From positions 1 to 64,000 of the forward strand of contig JANMKN010000388.1 of NCBI GenBank assembly GCA_031372065.1: 64,000 bases of DNA, given 5' to 3'. The notes beneath the pieces are model-generated. The model was not told where the DNA came from, searched no databases, and worked only from the letters and a program-made list of their open reading frames with translations. This DNA comes from Abditibacteriaceae bacterium (GTDB taxonomy: Bacteria; Armatimonadota; Abditibacteriia; Abditibacteriales; Abditibacteriaceae). Positions 18,176 through 27,184 of the stretch are shown piece after piece. Position 1 is the stretch's first letter, and each line of letters opens with the position of its first letter. Made by a program: the position numbers and the translations under genes.

Positions 18176-18505
18176 ATGAAAATGAGCGGTGAGGAACTTC
18201 AAAAGCTACTTGATTTAGCTCCCGGTTTCATCGGCAAGCAAATCACCGTCGTCGAGTCAATCAGTCGTGGCCGCAACACTGGCAAGCATGACCGCCACTT
18301 CGCCACTCGCTCATCTTTCACGTTCAAAGTTGAGAGTGTGTTTGCGGCTTTCAGCGGCGCTCAATTATGTTTTATGGGTGCGGCTGCTCAATATGGTGTC
18401 TCGCTTGACGGTGTTGTGAGTTTCAAATTTGGCGACGGTGAATTAGAAATCGTGGAGCATTTCGAGCAACAAACCGAGCGTCAAACGCACATAACCGTGA
18501 GCTAA
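18176..18505 (+). CDS. Hypothetical small beta-rich protein
   Basis: 109-aa ATG ORF that fills the gap on the coding strand; no recognised motif. Confidence 0.6.
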   Translation: MKMSGEELQKLLDLAPGFIGKQITVVESISRGRNTGKHDRHFATRSSFTFKVESVFAAFSGAQLCFMGAAAQYGVSLDGVVSFKFGDGELEIVEHFEQQTERQTHITVS

Positions 18506-18747
18506 CAAGAAATTATGTTGGCAAGGGGTCTGTTTTGGGTGATCGATTTTGAGTTTTGATAGAACAAACAGCAGCGTGTTTCTCAAGCGGGAAGCGCGCT
18601 TTTGAGTGAAAACACAGCGCAGAGTAAAAACGGAAGCCCGTTTTGCGCTTCCGTTTGTGGTTTTACCGGCGAACCAACGGAGTAGGCAATGTTTCAAAGG
18701 TTAGTGTTTACTTGCAATTGCCATTAAAAAACTGGCGAGGAGGCGCA

Positions 18748-19425
18748 ATGACAATTGGTGATGTGCTGGCCTTTGTGGGCTTTATCGGAAGCGTTTGTTT
18801 ATCGTTGTGGGTGCTTTTAATCGGCGTGGCGCTGCTTTTTGAAAGCAAAGCCGCCGCCGCACGGCGCGTGTTGGAAAATGAAGCTGGGCGCACGTTTTGT
18901 TTGGGGATTGTGCTGCTATTGCCGCTGGGCTTTGCAGCAATTGCTTTAATCAACGCGCCGGGCATTTTGAAGTTAATCGGCTTCCTTTTGATTGCGGCGC
19001 TGTTGGCGTTAAGTCTGCTTGGCGGCGCCGGACTCGCGCTTTTGATGGGCGAAAGAACGGGAAGTCGCGCCCCGGAAATCTCGTCGTTTTCGGCGCTGTC
19101 GCGCGGCGCCGGCATGATGTCGCTGGCGTGGCTTTTTCCGGTTCTCGGTTGGTTTTTGGTGGCGCCGGTCAGCATAATTGCTGGCCTCGGCGCCGGTGCC
19201 AAGGCCTTACGGAAAAAACATTCGCCACAAGAAAACGTGCTTCCCGTAAGGGAGAATCTCGCGCTGCAAAGAGTGTCTGAAACCGTTCGCGTCATCGCTT
19301 CTGAAACGACGCACGAAACTCCGAAATTCGCTTCGCCGGAAGCCATCAATAATGCGCCGATTTTCGCATCGGAAGCGTTGGTTTTCGAAGAAAAATCCGC
19401 TGTTGTGACTAAAGAAGAATTATGA
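18748..19425 (+). CDS. Hypothetical integral membrane protein (about 4 TM)
   Basis: RBS GAGGAGG before ATG 18748; hydrophobic helices; ATGA overlap with the DUF1800 gene. Confidence 0.75.
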   Translation: MTIGDVLAFVGFIGSVCLSLWVLLIGVALLFESKAAAARRVLENEAGRTFCLGIVLLLPLGFAAIALINAPGILKLIGFLLIAALLALSLLGGAGLALLMGERTGSRAPEISSFSALSRGAGMMSLAWLFPVLGWFLVAPVSIIAGLGAGAKALRKKHSPQENVLPVRENLALQRVSETVRVIASETTHETPKFASPEAINNAPIFASEALVFEEKSAVVTKEEL

Positions 19426-20879
19426 AAATCTCGCGGCGCGATTGGCTGAAAATGGGCGGCGCTTCGGGCGGCGCGCTGCTTCTTGGTGGCTGCTCAAAAG
19501 TGGTGCAACGCGTCACGGCGCCGCATCTCGAAGCGCCCTTTTCGCCACCCGCGCACAGCGACCCGATTGTGCGTCTCTTGAATCGTGTGGCCTTTGGCGC
19601 CGCGCCCGGCGATGTGGCGCGCGTGGCAAAACTCGGCGCCGAAAAATATGTTGACGAGCAGTTAAATCCCGACGGCGCCGACGAATGGATTTTGCTGGCG
19701 CGCTTGCGCGGCGTGGAAGTTTTTGAAACCGGCGCCATCGAAATGCGCGACACGCACGTCGAACCAATGCTGCGCGGCTTGCAGCAAGCCGCCATTCTGC
19801 GCGCCGTTTATTCGCGTCATCAATTGCAAGAGCGCATGGTAGATTTTTGGACGAACCATTTCAACATCTACGCGCGCAAAGGCGACGGAACTTACTTTTT
19901 GCCCACGGAGCAAACCAAAGTCCTTCGTCCGCACGCGCTGGGCAAGTTTCCCGAATTGCTGAAGGCTTCGGCTCACAGTCCGGCGATGCTGTCGTATTTG
20001 GATAACAACGTCAATCAAAAGGGCCGCGCCAACGAAAATTATGCGCGCGAATTGATGGAATTGCACACCTTGGGCGTGCATGGCGGCTACTCGCAAAAAG
20101 ATGTGCAGGAAGTGGCGCGCTGCTTTACCGGCTGGACTGTGGAAAACCGTTTTTTGCGTCGCAAGGGTTTTTATCGCTTTGACGAATCGAAGCATGACAA
20201 CGGCGAAAAAACGGTTCTCGGCCATAAAATTCCGGCCAAAGGCGGCGAAAAAGACGCTGAAATGGTGCTGGATATTTTAGTTAGGCATCCCAACACGGCG
20301 AAATATATTTCCGAAAAATTGTGCCGCTACTTTTTGGGCGAAAGTGCGGGCAATTGGCCTCAAAAAACGGCGCAAATTTATTTGCAAACGGGCGGCGACA
20401 TCAAAGCCATGTTGCGCCCGCTTTTGCTGTCCGACGAATTGAAAAACGGCCCGCCGGTTATCAAGCGGCCTTTTGATTTTCTGGTGTCGTCCTTGCGCGC
20501 TTTGGGCGCCGATACCGATGGCGGACAGGCTTTGCAAGAACATTTGCGACAAATGGGCCAGCCTTTGCATTTATGGCCGATGCCCGACGGCTACCCTGAC
20601 CGCACGCAGGCGTGGACAGGCTCGCTTTTGGCACGTTGGAATTTCGCTATCGCCCTGACACACGGCGCCATTAAAAACACCTCGCTCAACTTGCCCGACC
20701 TCATTGAAAAACGCGACGCGACAGCAACATTAACCGAAATTATTCTCGGCCACTGCGCCGGGGAAAAACCGGATTTGATTCGCACCATCACCAAAAATTT
20801 GCACGGCATCAAAGACGAGAAAAGCGTCAAATCTATCGCGGCGATGCTGCTTTGCACACCGGAATTTCAATGGCGCTAA
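19422..20879 (+). CDS. DUF1800 family protein, Tat lipoprotein-type signal
   Basis: SRRDWLK...LLLGGC; QLQERMVDFWTNHFN, PAMLSYLDN, NENYARELMELHTLG, DVQEVARCFTGW and PDGYP. Confidence 0.92.
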   Translation: MKISRRDWLKMGGASGGALLLGGCSKVVQRVTAPHLEAPFSPPAHSDPIVRLLNRVAFGAAPGDVARVAKLGAEKYVDEQLNPDGADEWILLARLRGVEVFETGAIEMRDTHVEPMLRGLQQAAILRAVYSRHQLQERMVDFWTNHFNIYARKGDGTYFLPTEQTKVLRPHALGKFPELLKASAHSPAMLSYLDNNVNQKGRANENYARELMELHTLGVHGGYSQKDVQEVARCFTGWTVENRFLRRKGFYRFDESKHDNGEKTVLGHKIPAKGGEKDAEMVLDILVRHPNTAKYISEKLCRYFLGESAGNWPQKTAQIYLQTGGDIKAMLRPLLLSDELKNGPPVIKRPFDFLVSSLRALGADTDGGQALQEHLRQMGQPLHLWPMPDGYPDRTQAWTGSLLARWNFAIALTHGAIKNTSLNLPDLIEKRDATATLTEIILGHCAGEKPDLIRTITKNLHGIKDEKSVKSIAAMLLCTPEFQWR

Positions 20880-20916
20880 ACCCTGCGAATTCATTCGCAG
20901 ACCAAGATGGAGATTT

Positions 20917-22269
20917 ATGAATGACTGGCTCGGTTGTGATGGCAGCGGTAACGAGCCGCGCGAAATTGAAAATATCCCGATGGCACGCCGCGCGCTGCTC
21001 GGCGGCGCATTGGCTTCGCTGGTTTGGTGGGCACGTGGCAAAACGGCGCTGGCGGGCGTGGCCCTTGCGCCGCCACCGCGTCAAATTGAGCGCGATATTT
21101 TAGTCGTAATTTTCATGCGCGGCGGCGCCGATGGTTTGAATTTGATTGTGCCGCATGGCGACGATGATTATCATAAAAATCGGCCCACAATTGGTGTGGC
21201 GGCGCCAAAAAATAAAATCAAAAACGCCAAAGATCGCGCTTTAGATTTAGATGGATTTTTTGGCTTTCATCCGGCGCTGGAGCCGCTAAAACCCTTCTAC
21301 GACAAGGGCAAACTCGCTTTGGTGCAAGCGTGCGGTTCGTTCGACCAATCGCGCTCGCATTTTGAAGCGATGGCGCTGATGGAACACGGGCAGGGCAGCA
21401 CGCCGGGCGGCCTCAGTGGCGGTTGGCTGGCGCGTCATTTATCAAGTGCGCCGGGCCACAACGATTCGCCATTGCGCGCTGTGGCACTGTCGAATATCAT
21501 GCCCGAATCGTTGCGTGGCGCCACTTCGGCCACGGCGCTTAATTCGTTGGATGATTTTCGTTTAATCTTGCCCGGCGCGGGCAGCAAGGAAAAAGCAGAA
21601 AATGAGCGCGCCCAGCAAAATGCACAGCGCGCGCGGCAAATTTTGTCCTCGCTTTATGAAGGTGACGACGCCGTCGCGCACGCCGGGCGCGAAACCTTAG
21701 CGGTTCTCGATTCGCTGCGCCGCCTCGACCCGAAAAATTATAAACCGGCCCATGCCGCGCAATATCCTGACAGCGAAATTGGGCGCGGCTTGCGGCAAGT
21801 GGCGTGTTTAATCAAAGGCGATGTCGGTCTTGAAGCGGCCTGCCTTGACCATCGCGGCCCATTTTTGTGGGACACGCACGTTGCGCAGAATAATTTGCTG
21901 CCTGCGCAAGCCGCTGATTTAGCCAAAGGTATGGCGGCCTTCGCACAGGATTTGGGCAACGAATTGCAAAATGTGACGATTATCGCCATGACCGAATTCG
22001 GGCGCCGCGCTGCTGAAAATAGCGGTTTCGGCACCGATCATGGACGCGCCGGCGTGATGTTTTTATTGGGCGGCGGCATCAAAGGCGGCAAGGTTTATAC
22101 GAAGTGGCCCGGATTATCGCCGGATGATCTCGAAGCGCCCGGCGATTTGAAAGTGACCGTAGATTATCGCGACATTTTGGGCGAAATTGTAGCCAAGCGT
22201 TTGAAAAACGAAAACGTAAAAGCGATTTTCCCCGGCCACGAATCGAAGTTTTGGGGCGTGACTGCATAA
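20917..22269 (+). CDS. DUF1501 family protein (DUF1800 partner)
   Basis: ARRALLG Tat-like motif; FMRGGADGLN, RSHFEA, WDTH, TEFGRR, GTDHG and VDYR. Confidence 0.92.
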   Translation: MNDWLGCDGSGNEPREIENIPMARRALLGGALASLVWWARGKTALAGVALAPPPRQIERDILVVIFMRGGADGLNLIVPHGDDDYHKNRPTIGVAAPKNKIKNAKDRALDLDGFFGFHPALEPLKPFYDKGKLALVQACGSFDQSRSHFEAMALMEHGQGSTPGGLSGGWLARHLSSAPGHNDSPLRAVALSNIMPESLRGATSATALNSLDDFRLILPGAGSKEKAENERAQQNAQRARQILSSLYEGDDAVAHAGRETLAVLDSLRRLDPKNYKPAHAAQYPDSEIGRGLRQVACLIKGDVGLEAACLDHRGPFLWDTHVAQNNLLPAQAADLAKGMAAFAQDLGNELQNVTIIAMTEFGRRAAENSGFGTDHGRAGVMFLLGGGIKGGKVYTKWPGLSPDDLEAPGDLKVTVDYRDILGEIVAKRLKNENVKAIFPGHESKFWGVTA

Positions 22270-22313
22270 AAGTGGCGGCAAAATGTATTTGCAATGTATA
22301 AAATACATTTTTC

Positions 22314-23075
22314 ATGAAAACCGTAATCATCATTCCAGCGCGCTATGGCTCGACGCGCTTTCCCGGCAAACCGTTGGCGCTTCTTCAAGGTGAGCCGGTC
22401 ATCGTTCATGTGGTGCGCGCCGCTTTGCAAGTGCAAAGCGCCGATGCCGTCGGCGTAGCTACCGACGATGAAAAAATCGCCGCTGTCGTGCGCGAAAAAT
22501 GCGAACGCGCGCGTGTTATCATGACCGGCGAATGTCGAACGGGCACTGACCGCTTGGCGCAAGCAATTGCAGATTTGGATACGGAAAATTTAATTGTCGT
22601 GAACGTGCAAGGTGATGAGCCATTTATCAACCCGCGCCACATAGAAATGCTGATTGATGCCATGAAAAGTGATGCTTCGTTGCAAATGGCGACACTTGCC
22701 ACGCTGTTGCCGCAGAATTTGACCGCTGACACGAATGTCGTCAAAGTTGTCTGCGCCCAAAATGGCAACGCGCTTTATTTTTCGCGCTTACCGATTCCTT
22801 TTGCGCGCGAGGGCGAAAACGTGCCGCGTTTGCGTCATTTGGGCGTTTACGCTTACACCGCCAAATGGCTTTTGCAGATGGCAAACTTGCCGTCCGCGCC
22901 GCTGGAAGACATCGAAAAACTCGAACAATTGCGCGCTTTAGAAAACGGCGTGGCGATTCGCGTGGTGAAAGTTGAAAACGTCATTGATATTGCGATAGAT
23001 ACGCCGGAAGATTTAGAGCGCGCGGAAGAGTTTTTATTAAGCACAGCTAACACGGAGGGCACAGAGACGATTTGA
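22314..23075 (+). CDS. kdsB: 3-deoxy-manno-octulosonate cytidylyltransferase (CMP-Kdo synthetase)
   Basis: IPARYGSTRFPGKPLA, GTDR, VNVQGDEP, ALYFSR.PIP, HLGVYAY and LEQLRALENG. Confidence 0.95.
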   Translation: MKTVIIIPARYGSTRFPGKPLALLQGEPVIVHVVRAALQVQSADAVGVATDDEKIAAVVREKCERARVIMTGECRTGTDRLAQAIADLDTENLIVVNVQGDEPFINPRHIEMLIDAMKSDASLQMATLATLLPQNLTADTNVVKVVCAQNGNALYFSRLPIPFAREGENVPRLRHLGVYAYTAKWLLQMANLPSAPLEDIEKLEQLRALENGVAIRVVKVENVIDIAIDTPEDLERAEEFLLSTANTEGTETI

Positions 23076-23166
23076 GGTTATTTGAGGTTGCGGGAGTAAG
23101 TGGGGAGCAATCTTCTTTGTTTCCGTTTTCATCTTTGTGCCCTCCGTGTTAGCTGTGCTTAATAAA
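23033..23166. repeat. REP/MITE-like inverted-repeat element (35-bp arms, one mismatch)
   Basis: tttattaagcacagctaacacggagggcacagaga (23033-23067) pairs with 23132-23166; the arms have a 9-bp cac periodicity. Confidence 0.9.
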
Positions 23167-23846
23167 TGAAAGATTTGCAAAATGAAATCGTTGCTTGTCA
23201 GCGCTGCCCGCGCTTAGTCGAATGGCGCGAAGGCGTGGCCGAGAATCCTCCCTTGCGGCATCAAGGCGAAGAATACTGGGCGCGGCCTGTGCCCAGTTTT
23301 GGCGATGAAAACGCGCGTTTGTTAATCGTTGGTTTGGCGCCGGGCGCGCATGGCAGCAATCGGACGGGACGAATGTTTACCGGTGATCGCTCTGGCGAGT
23401 GGCTTTTTCGCGCTTTGCACAAAGCGGGTTTTGCCACACAATCAACATGGCAAAAGCGTGGCGATGGCTTGCGATTGAAAGACTGCTGGATTACTGCCGC
23501 CTGCCATTGCGCGCCGCCCGCGAATAAGCCGTTGCCGGAAGAAATTCTCAATTGCCGCCCGTTTTTAGTGCGGGAAATGGCTTTCCTCACTAATGTGCGC
23601 GTTTTATTGGGCCTCGGCAAAATTGGTTTCGATGCCGCTTTTGATGTAGCTCGTGTCGCCGGTTGGACATCTTTAAAAGCGCGTCCCAAGTTTGCGCATG
23701 GGGCGGAAATAAAATTAAATGAAGAATTAACGCTGCTCGGCACTTTTCATCCGAGCCAGCAGAACACCTTTACTGGCAAACTAACCGAGCCAATGTTCAA
23801 TGCTATTTTTAATCGAGTTAAAGAAATTCTTGGTGGCGTGTCGTGA
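23166..23846 (+). CDS. Uracil-DNA glycosylase family 5 (UdgB-like, Fe-S)
   Basis: CQRCPRLVEWRE, GLAPGAHGSNRTGRMFTGDRSG, CAPPANKP and HPSQQNTFTGKLT. Confidence 0.92.
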   Translation: MKDLQNEIVACQRCPRLVEWREGVAENPPLRHQGEEYWARPVPSFGDENARLLIVGLAPGAHGSNRTGRMFTGDRSGEWLFRALHKAGFATQSTWQKRGDGLRLKDCWITAACHCAPPANKPLPEEILNCRPFLVREMAFLTNVRVLLGLGKIGFDAAFDVARVAGWTSLKARPKFAHGAEIKLNEELTLLGTFHPSQQNTFTGKLTEPMFNAIFNRVKEILGGVS

Positions 23847-23869
23847 ATGACGAAACCGACCACTGACTA

Positions 23870-25375
23870 ATGACCATGATTGGAACTGTTTACCTTGTGG
23901 GCGCCGGGCCGGGCGATGCGGGCCTTATGACGGTGCGCGGGCGCGATCTTGTTGCTGCCTGTGATGTCGTTGTTTATGACCGCCTTGTCGGAAAAGAAAT
24001 TTTAGATTGGTGCCGCGCCGATGTCGAAATGATTTTTGTCGGCAAAGAAGCGGGCCGTCATTCGATGACCCAAGACGAAATCAACGCCCTGCTTGTCGAA
24101 AAAGCGCGGCAAGGCCAAAGCGTTTGCCGCTTAAAAGGCGGCGATCCGTTTGTGTTCGGACGAGGCGGCGAGGAAGCGCTTTTTTGCCTCGAAAATAGTG
24201 TGCCTTTTGAAATTGTGCCCGGCGTAACCAGTGCCATCGCGGCGCCTGCTTATGCGGGCATTCCCGTCACACATCGCGGCGTTGCCACCAGTTTCGCGGT
24301 TGTGACAGGGCACACCAAAGATGACGACGCGCCGCCGGAAAATTTGCCTGTCGCTGACACTTTGGTGTGCTTAATGGGCGTGCGCGCTTTGCCAAAAATC
24401 GTCGCGGCCCTTTTAGCGCGCGGCGAAAATCCCGACAAGCCTGTCGCACTGGTGCGCTGGGGCACAACCGAAAATCAGCAAGTTGTGACGGGCACTTTGC
24501 AAACTATCGAAGCCGAAGTTGAAAAAGCGCAATTAAAACCGCCCGCGTTGATTATCATTGGCGATGTGGTGAATTTGCGAGAGCAAATGCGCTGGTTCGA
24601 CGCCCGCCCGTTATGGGGTCAAACCGTCATCGTTACTCGCGCGCGCGAACAGGCATCCGGCCTTGTTGCCGGCTTGCGCGAACGCGGCGCGCGCGTGATT
24701 CAATGTCCGACAATTCGCGTGGAGAATCTTGATGATTACACGATTTTAGATGATGTTTTGAATGGTTTTCAGGCTTACGAATGGGTCGTTTTTACGTCGG
24801 CTAACGGTGTCGAAAAATATTGGGATCGCTTGGCGGTGGCGGGTTTGGATTCGCGCCCTTTGTGTTCTTCGCAAATCGCCGCGATTGGGCCTGCTACGGT
24901 GGCCGCTTTGAAAGCGCACGGTGTCAACGCCGATTTTGTGCCCGAAACTTCAATTTCCGAAAGCGTCGCCGAAGACCTGCTGCTGCGCGGTGCGAGGCAT
25001 GGCCGCACACTGCTGGTGCGCGCCTTGGAAGGTCGCGATGTGATTGAGAAAATGTTGCGCGCCGAAGGCGTCGAAGTGGTGGTCGCGCCCTGCTATCGCA
25101 CGGTTCCGGACACTTCGCAAGCCGAAGAAGCAAAAGCCGAAATTGAAGCCGGGCGCGTCAGTTGGATTACTTTCACCTCCACTTCGACAGTGCAGAATTT
25201 TGTGGACGCCATCGGTGCCGACACCATCGCCGCACATCGCGACAAATTCCGCGTCGCCTGCATCGGGCCGATTACAGCGCGCACCGCCGAGCAATTAAAT
25301 ATCAAGCCCGATGCCGTTGCCGAAAACGCCAGTGTGGAAGCGTTAGTGAAAGTGATTTTAGAAAGCGCAACTTGA
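23870..25375 (+). CDS. cobA: Uroporphyrinogen-III C-methyltransferase / uroporphyrinogen-III synthase fusion (CobA/HemD)
   Basis: VYLVGAGPGD, RLKGGDPFVFGRGGEE and PGVTSA; C-terminal HemD with VTRAREQA, FTSANGV and ACIGPITA. Confidence 0.93.
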   Translation: MTMIGTVYLVGAGPGDAGLMTVRGRDLVAACDVVVYDRLVGKEILDWCRADVEMIFVGKEAGRHSMTQDEINALLVEKARQGQSVCRLKGGDPFVFGRGGEEALFCLENSVPFEIVPGVTSAIAAPAYAGIPVTHRGVATSFAVVTGHTKDDDAPPENLPVADTLVCLMGVRALPKIVAALLARGENPDKPVALVRWGTTENQQVVTGTLQTIEAEVEKAQLKPPALIIIGDVVNLREQMRWFDARPLWGQTVIVTRAREQASGLVAGLRERGARVIQCPTIRVENLDDYTILDDVLNGFQAYEWVVFTSANGVEKYWDRLAVAGLDSRPLCSSQIAAIGPATVAALKAHGVNADFVPETSISESVAEDLLLRGARHGRTLLVRALEGRDVIEKMLRAEGVEVVVAPCYRTVPDTSQAEEAKAEIEAGRVSWITFTSTSTVQNFVDAIGADTIAAHRDKFRVACIGPITARTAEQLNIKPDAVAENASVEALVKVILESAT

Positions 25376-25408
25376 TGAGGCACTGAGTTTTTAGCGTGGA
25401 TTCAGAAA

Positions 25409-25482
25409 AAATCACCACAGAGAACACAAAGGGCACAGAGTTTTTATTTTCTCTGTGCCCTTTGTGTTCTCTGTGGTGATTT
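25409..25482. repeat. REP-like perfect 32-bp inverted repeat between convergent genes
   Basis: aaatcaccacagagaacacaaagggcacagag (25409-25440), 10-nt loop, exact complement at 25451-25482. Confidence 0.92.
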
Positions 25483-25487
25483 GAAAT

Positions 25488-26336
25488 TTATTTGCGCGCG
25501 TGCGCGTCGCCTTTGCGCCAATCGCTGCCGCTGGTGAAGCCGCCATCTACATAGAGAATCTGGCCGGTGACGAAGTTGGAGGCATTGGACGACAAGAAAA
25601 TCACCGCGCCGCAGAGTTCGATGGGTTCGCCCCAGCGTCCGGCAGGCGTGCGATTCAAAACCCACGCGTTGCGATCATCAGCGCGCACCGGTTCGGTCAA
25701 GGCAGTGCGAAAATAACCGGGCGCGATGCCGTTGACTTGAATATTATGATCGGCCCATTCGACGGCCATCAATTTGGTCAACTGGTTCATGCCGCCTTTG
25801 GCTGCCGAGTAGGGCACCACGGTGGGCAAACCTAAAAACGAAGTCAAAGAAAGAGTGGTGATGATTTTTCCCTGACGGCGCGGCGCCATCACTTTGGCGC
25901 ACTCGCGCGACATGAAAAAGGCGCCTTTCAGGTTGACATCAATGACGGCATCCCAGTCTTCTTCGGAGATTTCCATCGCCGGAATGCGCACATTGATGCC
26001 GGCATTGTTGACCAAAATATCAATTTGGCCGAATTCAGCGACCACACGTTGCACGCCGGCTTCGATTTCCTTTACGCTACCGACATCTGCAACCAGTGGC
26101 AGCACTTTTCGGCCCGTGGCGTCTTTGATGCGCTGCGCGGCCTCATCAATGGTATTTTGCTCACGCCCGAAAATGGCGAGGTCGGCTCCGGCTCCGGCCA
26201 AGGAAAAGGCCATTGCTTCGCCTAAGCCGCGACTGGCGCCTGTGACAATGGCGACTTTGCCTGCCAGCGAAAATTGTTTGATTGTGTCTTGCGGTTCGTA
26301 ATCCGGCAGGGGCGTGCCTGTGGCTTCATTGCTCAT
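25488..26336 (-). CDS. SDR oxidoreductase (gluconate 5-dehydrogenase/KduD-like)
   Basis: TGASRGLG, NNAG, YSAAK, NGIAPGYF, RTPAGRWG and GQILYVDGG. Confidence 0.88.
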   Translation of the reverse strand: MSNEATGTPLPDYEPQDTIKQFSLAGKVAIVTGASRGLGEAMAFSLAGAGADLAIFGREQNTIDEAAQRIKDATGRKVLPLVADVGSVKEIEAGVQRVVAEFGQIDILVNNAGINVRIPAMEISEEDWDAVIDVNLKGAFFMSRECAKVMAPRRQGKIITTLSLTSFLGLPTVVPYSAAKGGMNQLTKLMAVEWADHNIQVNGIAPGYFRTALTEPVRADDRNAWVLNRTPAGRWGEPIELCGAVIFLSSNASNFVTGQILYVDGGFTSGSDWRKGDAHARK

Positions 26337-26345
26337 AATTTCCTT

Positions 26346-27167
26346 TCACTTTACCAATAACTCAGCGCTGTTTGTAACTTTTACGGCCTCCGATACCAAA
26401 TTTGTGCATTGAAGTTTTGCAGAAGATTGCAAATTCAATGTGCCGCTGGGTAGATAAAGCACACCGTGCAGAACAGCGGTGGCCGAACCGGAAAATTGGA
26501 TGAGGCGATTATTCTCGCGTGGTTGCCACAACACAATTTCCTTCATCGGGCCATCTTGCGGCGCCGCGAGTTTTAGAGTGCTGGAATTATCCAAGCGCAT
26601 CTCGCCTTCATTGATTAAAGTCACGCCATCGCCGACCATCTGGCTTTGCCCGCTCATGACAAGTTCGTGTTCGATAATGTAGACGCCCGGAGCTAAGAAG
26701 ATTTTGGCATTTCCGCTCAGAAAAATGCCATCATAGAGTCCCGGCTCCAGTTGAGTTTCGCCTTCGTTGAGATCAAACGCGCCATGCCAAGTCAGGCCGT
26801 CCTTTTTGACCGCTTCCCTTTGCGCCAACGGGTCAAGCCCTTCTTTTAGGCGCGAATTCTGACGTGAATTAGCCGTGGCACCGTTATCCATTTGCACACC
26901 TCCGGCCAAGGCCACCGTATCAACTGTCACTTCTGCCGCGTTGCGCAGGCTAATGGCACTGCGACTTTGCGAAAAGACTTGCAAGGTGCCCTCTGGAATC
27001 AAAATCTTGCCGCTATTTTCCGCCGTTAAGGCCTTTGCGCGATTCGGATGCAAAACCAGCAATGAATTTCCTTCCAGCCCCACTAAATTAGCAGCGCGAC
27101 CAGAGTGAAAACCGGAAGACAATAGCAATGCACAAAGCGAAAGCGAAAACTTAACCAGAGGCTTCAT
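26346..27167 (-). CDS. Exported beta-helix protein (TadG C-terminal-like), paralog 2
   Basis: Signal peptide from ATG 27167; LEPGLY, LAPGVY, GDGVTL, LAAPQDGPMKEIVLWQ and GVLYLP are shared with the upstream paralog. Confidence 0.7.
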   Translation of the reverse strand: MKPLVKFSLSLCALLLSSGFHSGRAANLVGLEGNSLLVLHPNRAKALTAENSGKILIPEGTLQVFSQSRSAISLRNAAEVTVDTVALAGGVQMDNGATANSRQNSRLKEGLDPLAQREAVKKDGLTWHGAFDLNEGETQLEPGLYDGIFLSGNAKIFLAPGVYIIEHELVMSGQSQMVGDGVTLINEGEMRLDNSSTLKLAAPQDGPMKEIVLWQPRENNRLIQFSGSATAVLHGVLYLPSGTLNLQSSAKLQCTNLVSEAVKVTNSAELLVK

Positions 27168-27184
27168 GTTTTTCTCCAAAACTC

